The position numbers and the translations under genes were made by a program. Of a DNA stretch of 64,000 bases, positions 60,501-64,000 are shown piece after piece (within the stretch, counting starts at the first letter, position 1; the number at the start of each line of letters is the position of its first letter). The stretch comes from Paraspadella gotoi (Eukaryota; Animalia; Chaetognatha), in contig JBJCIZ010000028.1 of NCBI GenBank assembly GCA_051294375.1, forward strand, positions 930,437 through 994,436, written 5' to 3'. The notes below the pieces were generated by a model, which worked only from the letters and a program-made list of their open reading frames with translations, searched no databases and had not been told where the DNA came from.

Positions 60501-61644
60501 GCTGCTTGAAGCGGGCCGAGAAGAAGTCGGGTTCGAATCTTTGCCCACTGGAGAGTCACGACGAGAGATTCAAAGCCTCGAACAGCTTATCACCGATGTC
60601 GACGACGTCGTCCAGGTCGCGCCGAAGACTTCCTCGCCCAAAAGAAGGAATCTGTTCCCTCCGCCGCAAACGAAAGACTTTGGTTTGCTCGTGGACGAGC
60701 CTCTCGATCGAGTGGAGGCCGACGAAGACGCCTCCGACGGGGATCGATCCACTGACCTTTTCCTAGACGACGACGACGATGAACTATGTGACTTTTTCGT
60801 CGGCGGCGACGATGACCTCGGTGGATTCTTGGCACAGGGTGGTGAGGAGAAAACAACGACGACGATAATGTCAACGACGACGACCACGATGACGACGACA
60901 ACGGAAACATCCTCCACATCATCAACGACTCATTCCACGGATCGAAGAAACGCCAAACGTAATCCTTCCTCTTCCCCCGATAAAGACTTCGGATCTCGAA
61001 TTGCTGAGACTCCGTCCCCAGTCGTCGCCTCCTCCACAAAAACCGACGCGACCGACAATCCCGCGACCGACAATCCCGCGCCGACGATGCGGCGAAGAAG
61101 TTTGAAGCGTCTCAAGATGTCGGCCAAAAAAGCCGACGTCGGTAGAGACGATTCGATCGTCGAGGAAGAGAATCTCTCCCCTTGTCCGCCTTCCGTTTTT
61201 TGCCTCGCCTCTCATCCTCTCATCTTTTCTCGAGGAGAATCTTTTCGTCCTCTGCGTGAATTTTCTCTTCCTCGTCTGGATTCGTCGGCCGACGCTTTTC
61301 CGATTCCCGCCGATTGTCGACACCGCGCGGATCCGCCGCTGCTGACGCGGCGAGTCCAGCGGCGCCGCTGCTTTCGCGTCTCGATCGACGCCGCGGCGTC
61401 GACGTCTTCGAGCTTTAGCCCGCTCATCTCTCCCGGCGTCGACGCCGTCACTGGATTGCCCGCGGCACTGTGGAGCGAGGAGCTAGGGTGTGCGTTGCGG
61501 GCGCTGCGGTGCCGGATGTGCGAGTCCGGCACCGTGGCGGCGCTGGAGATTTTAAGTGATTCTTACAAGATTAAAAAGGGAGAGTTTATTTGCGTGAGGG
61601 ACGCGGTGAGGGTTTGTCCGCGATTGGTCGACCAGAAAGATTAA
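54503..61644 (+). CDS. BRIP1: Fanconi anemia group J helicase (XPD-family Fe-S DEAH helicase)
   Basis: Exons 54503-55370, 55771-56050, 56644-56767, 56943-57477, 57780-58151, 58514-58660, 58892-59124, 59617-61644. Motifs FP.KPYPSQ (Q motif), [18 protein letters not shown], four Fe-S cysteines, [47 protein letters not shown]. Confidence 0.93.
55470..55620 (-). mobile_element. tRNA-headed SINE with decayed type-P5 twister body
   Basis: Minus strand A box TGGTGCAGAAGG and B box GGTTCTAGCCC, then agg-GACAG-ggcaca-TAG-ccc-GCC-TGTAACAC/GTGTTACA-G-CCTGA-TCCGAAGC-TCAGG. Confidence 0.65.
57677..57721 (-). ncRNA. Minimal type I hammerhead ribozyme (Penelope-type)
   Basis: Minus strand TTACA-CTGATGA-A-GAaCAG-aaatg-CTaGTC-GAAA-CATG-TA|TGTAA. 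Intact core, 5-bp helix I, palindromic ACATGT helix III, GUA triplet, overlapping AATAAA. Confidence 0.75.
58305..58355 (+). mobile_element. tRNA-derived SINE head remnant
   Basis: tagcaagcg...accttaaaggactcgGGTTCCCGCCct; matches 2305-2360 (-). Confidence 0.4.
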
Positions 61645-61872
61645 ACGTTTCTGATTGGTCGGGATTCTGTGATACATTCTCTTTGTATTAGTCTTCGAGT
61701 TTTATAGCATTGAAACTTGATTGTTGAATTTTATATTTAAAAATTATAACTGGTTTTATTACTTAAAAAGTTGAATATACGAAATAATTCGAATAAAAAA
61801 AAAATATCCAACTCGTTGGATATTCAAACTAATTGTCCCTTTGCCGGGGGTACCTTTCTGGTCCTCGTCGCC

Positions 61873-62501
61873 ATGGCGACGGAATTCCCCAACGTGGCCG
61901 ACCCCTTCCAAGTGACCTCCAAGGAAGAGGCCGCCGTCGTCAAGTTCCTCGACGAGCAATTCCAGTTTCGCTTCACCGAAGCCGACAAAGGATTTCAGAA
62001 GTCACTCACCAAAGGTTTGGAAGGTGAATGTTGTTGTGGGGAGTTGTTGTGTGAGAAGGGAAATTGGTGGGTGTTAAATAGGTTCGATTGTTTTTCCGTC
62101 AGAAGCAGATTTGTGGTTTAATCCTAATGAGATGGGGTCTCTCAATATCACATTCATTATTTATTACTCGTTAATAACTTAAAATTAATTCACAATTTCC
62201 CCATTAATTAAACCACTCCAAATACCCAAAAAATCGCTCTTTTTCCACCCTAGACTCGGAAGATCCACTGATCGTAGAAAACTGGGCGGGATCCTCGGGA
62301 AGACGGAATCAACACAGGGACAAATTCTCTCGCGACTCTGACGGGAGAGGGAGAGGAAGAGGAGGAGGAAGAGGAGGGAGGAGAGATTGGGGAGGAGGAG
62401 GAGGTCGGGGCGGAGAGGGTCGCTACGAGCCTCGTGCCTGGCCCTCCCGCGATAATCGCTCCCACGACAGAGGAAACAGACGAGACGGATCTAACAGATA
62501 G
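61873..62501 (+). CDS. RAMAC: RNA guanine-7 methyltransferase activating subunit (RAMAC/FAM103A1)-like, paralogue 1
   Basis: Exons 61873-62014 (or -62023) and 62254-62501. KFLDEQFQFRFTEADKGFQ...PLIVENW...RRNQ...WPSRDNRS resembles human RAMAC as recalled (KFEEMFASRFTENDKEYQ...PPIVEEW...WPSDNRS). Confidence 0.8.
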
Positions 62502-62841
62502 ACTCATTGACTCGTCGCACAGATGGACGCACAATTTGTTAATGTCTCGTTAGTTGCTACTCTTCTACAACCTTTTTTTTTGTCCTGCGGCCCCTTTTCT
62601 TTATCCCAGTTACATTTTTTCATCCACCGTTTTATATATTGCATTCATTCGCTCGTACTTTTCTTTACCGATTCCGATTTGTTACGAATAATCACGATTA
62701 TTTATGAGACGTTTTCTTACTGCGTTAACTATTTTTTTTTGTGATTTCATGTTTCAATTCGTAGATTCGAGAAAAAAGTAAACAAAACAAAACTAAAAAT
62801 TAAAGGAGAAACAAAAGAGCAAAGTCCCCCCCCTCCACAAA

Positions 62842-64000
62842 ATGGCGGGTGCCATCCCGTCCGTCGCCGATCCCTTCAACGTGACCCCCGAGGAGGAATC
62901 CGCCGTCCTCGCTTTTTTCGAGGAGACCTTCCGGTTTCGTTTCACCGAACGCGACCCGGGATTCCAGAAGGCGCTCACCAAAGGTTCGAGAGACGCGGGA
63001 CGACCGAGACGACGTCTAAGAGGCTCCCCCGTTGGGCGGACGTCTGTGGAAAAAAAAAAAGGCCATCTCGCTCTCATATCTTTCTCTCTTTTCGAATGCT
63101 TGTATTTATGATTTTTTTTTTCCCTTCAGGGTTTTTTAATAAAAAAGAAAACTGACGCCAACGTCGATTGAGTTTTACGCGATTGAAACTTTTTACGAGT
63201 TTTACTTCTGTGAACCTTTTTTTGATTTTTCTATAAAAAAAAAACAAAAAAACCGTCGATTCGTTTTATATCAATTTGCATTGAGTTTATTACGCTCAGT
63301 CAACGGGTTTAAATATTAAATTTATTATTTTTAACGAAAAATTTGTCAAATTCCATGATGATTTATAATTCTGAAAAAGAAAAAAAAAATTACAACTTGG
63401 TTTATTTATTAAACTAGTAATTTTTAATTTTGCTAATTTCCCACTATTTGGCAAATTTTTCTACTAAGGTTGTTACCATTTACTTTTATATTCCTTATTC
63501 GCCTCTTCCTCTTTCTCCTTCCCCCCTTCTCCCCCCCCACAAATCCCAGACCCCGAGGAGCCTTTGATAGTGGAACGATGGGTGGGCGCGACCGCCCGAC
63601 GGAACCAACACCGCGACAAATTCGCCAACGACGTCGAATGGAGAGGAAGAGGAAGAGGAAGGGGGAGGAGAGGGTGGGGAAGGGGTAGAGGAGACGGAGG
63701 AAGAGGATATTTCTCGGGCGGAGGCTTCGAGGGAGGAAGAGGACGAGGAGGATTCGAAGGGAGAGGACGAGGAAGAGGAGAGAGGGGATTCGATAGAGGA
63801 AGAGGACGAGGAAGAGGCAGAGGAGAAAGTCGAGATTCGTCGCCCGGAATGGGAAGAGGGAGAGGACGAGGCAGAGGAGAAGATAGGGATTCGTCGCCGG
63901 GAATCGGAAGAGGACGAGGCAGAGGACGAGGCAGAGTAGAAGACCGGGATTCGTCGCCGGCCGTCGGATCTTCTAGAAAACGACCGGCCGACGCCGACAG
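62842..64000 (+). CDS. RAMAC-like paralogue 2 with expanded RG/RGG region; 3' end outside window
   Basis: Exons 62842-62983 and 63550 to beyond 64000. FFEETFRFRFTERDPGFQ...PLIVERW...RRNQHRDKF, then (RG)n and RDSSP repeats; frame stays open to the window end. Confidence 0.8.

Overview
Gene-dense, intron-rich metazoan (invertebrate-type) genomic DNA with GC-rich exons and AT-rich introns; the taxon cannot be determined from this window. Ten distinct protein-coding genes were reconstructed by hand, all on the + strand and spaced only about 230-780 bp apart: a long REXO1-type DEDDh exonuclease (5' end outside the window), a short REXO1 paralogue with an N-terminal hydrophobic segment, an AADAC/NCEH1-like HSL-family esterase, a low-specificity L-threonine aldolase, cytoplasmic methionyl-tRNA synthetase, two ethanolamine/choline kinase paralogues, a FANCJ/BRIP1 helicase and two RAMAC (FAM103A1)-like paralogues. 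About 17 kb is redundant, indel-rich sequence next to 25-N gaps and is most likely assembly or haplotype duplication. The main hidden signal is self-cleaving RNA in introns. A tRNA-headed SINE-like element in the last MetRS intron carries an apparently complete type-P5 twister ribozyme (49715-49794). Three decayed relatives show covarying stems, and there are two Penelope-type minimal hammerheads. Also present: a 5-kb TA-flanked element with ~1.08-kb terminal inverted repeats, tandem repeats that multiply splice sites, unusual splice-signal statistics and a recurring intronic octamer motif. All calls come from manual reading; no searches or folding programs were run.
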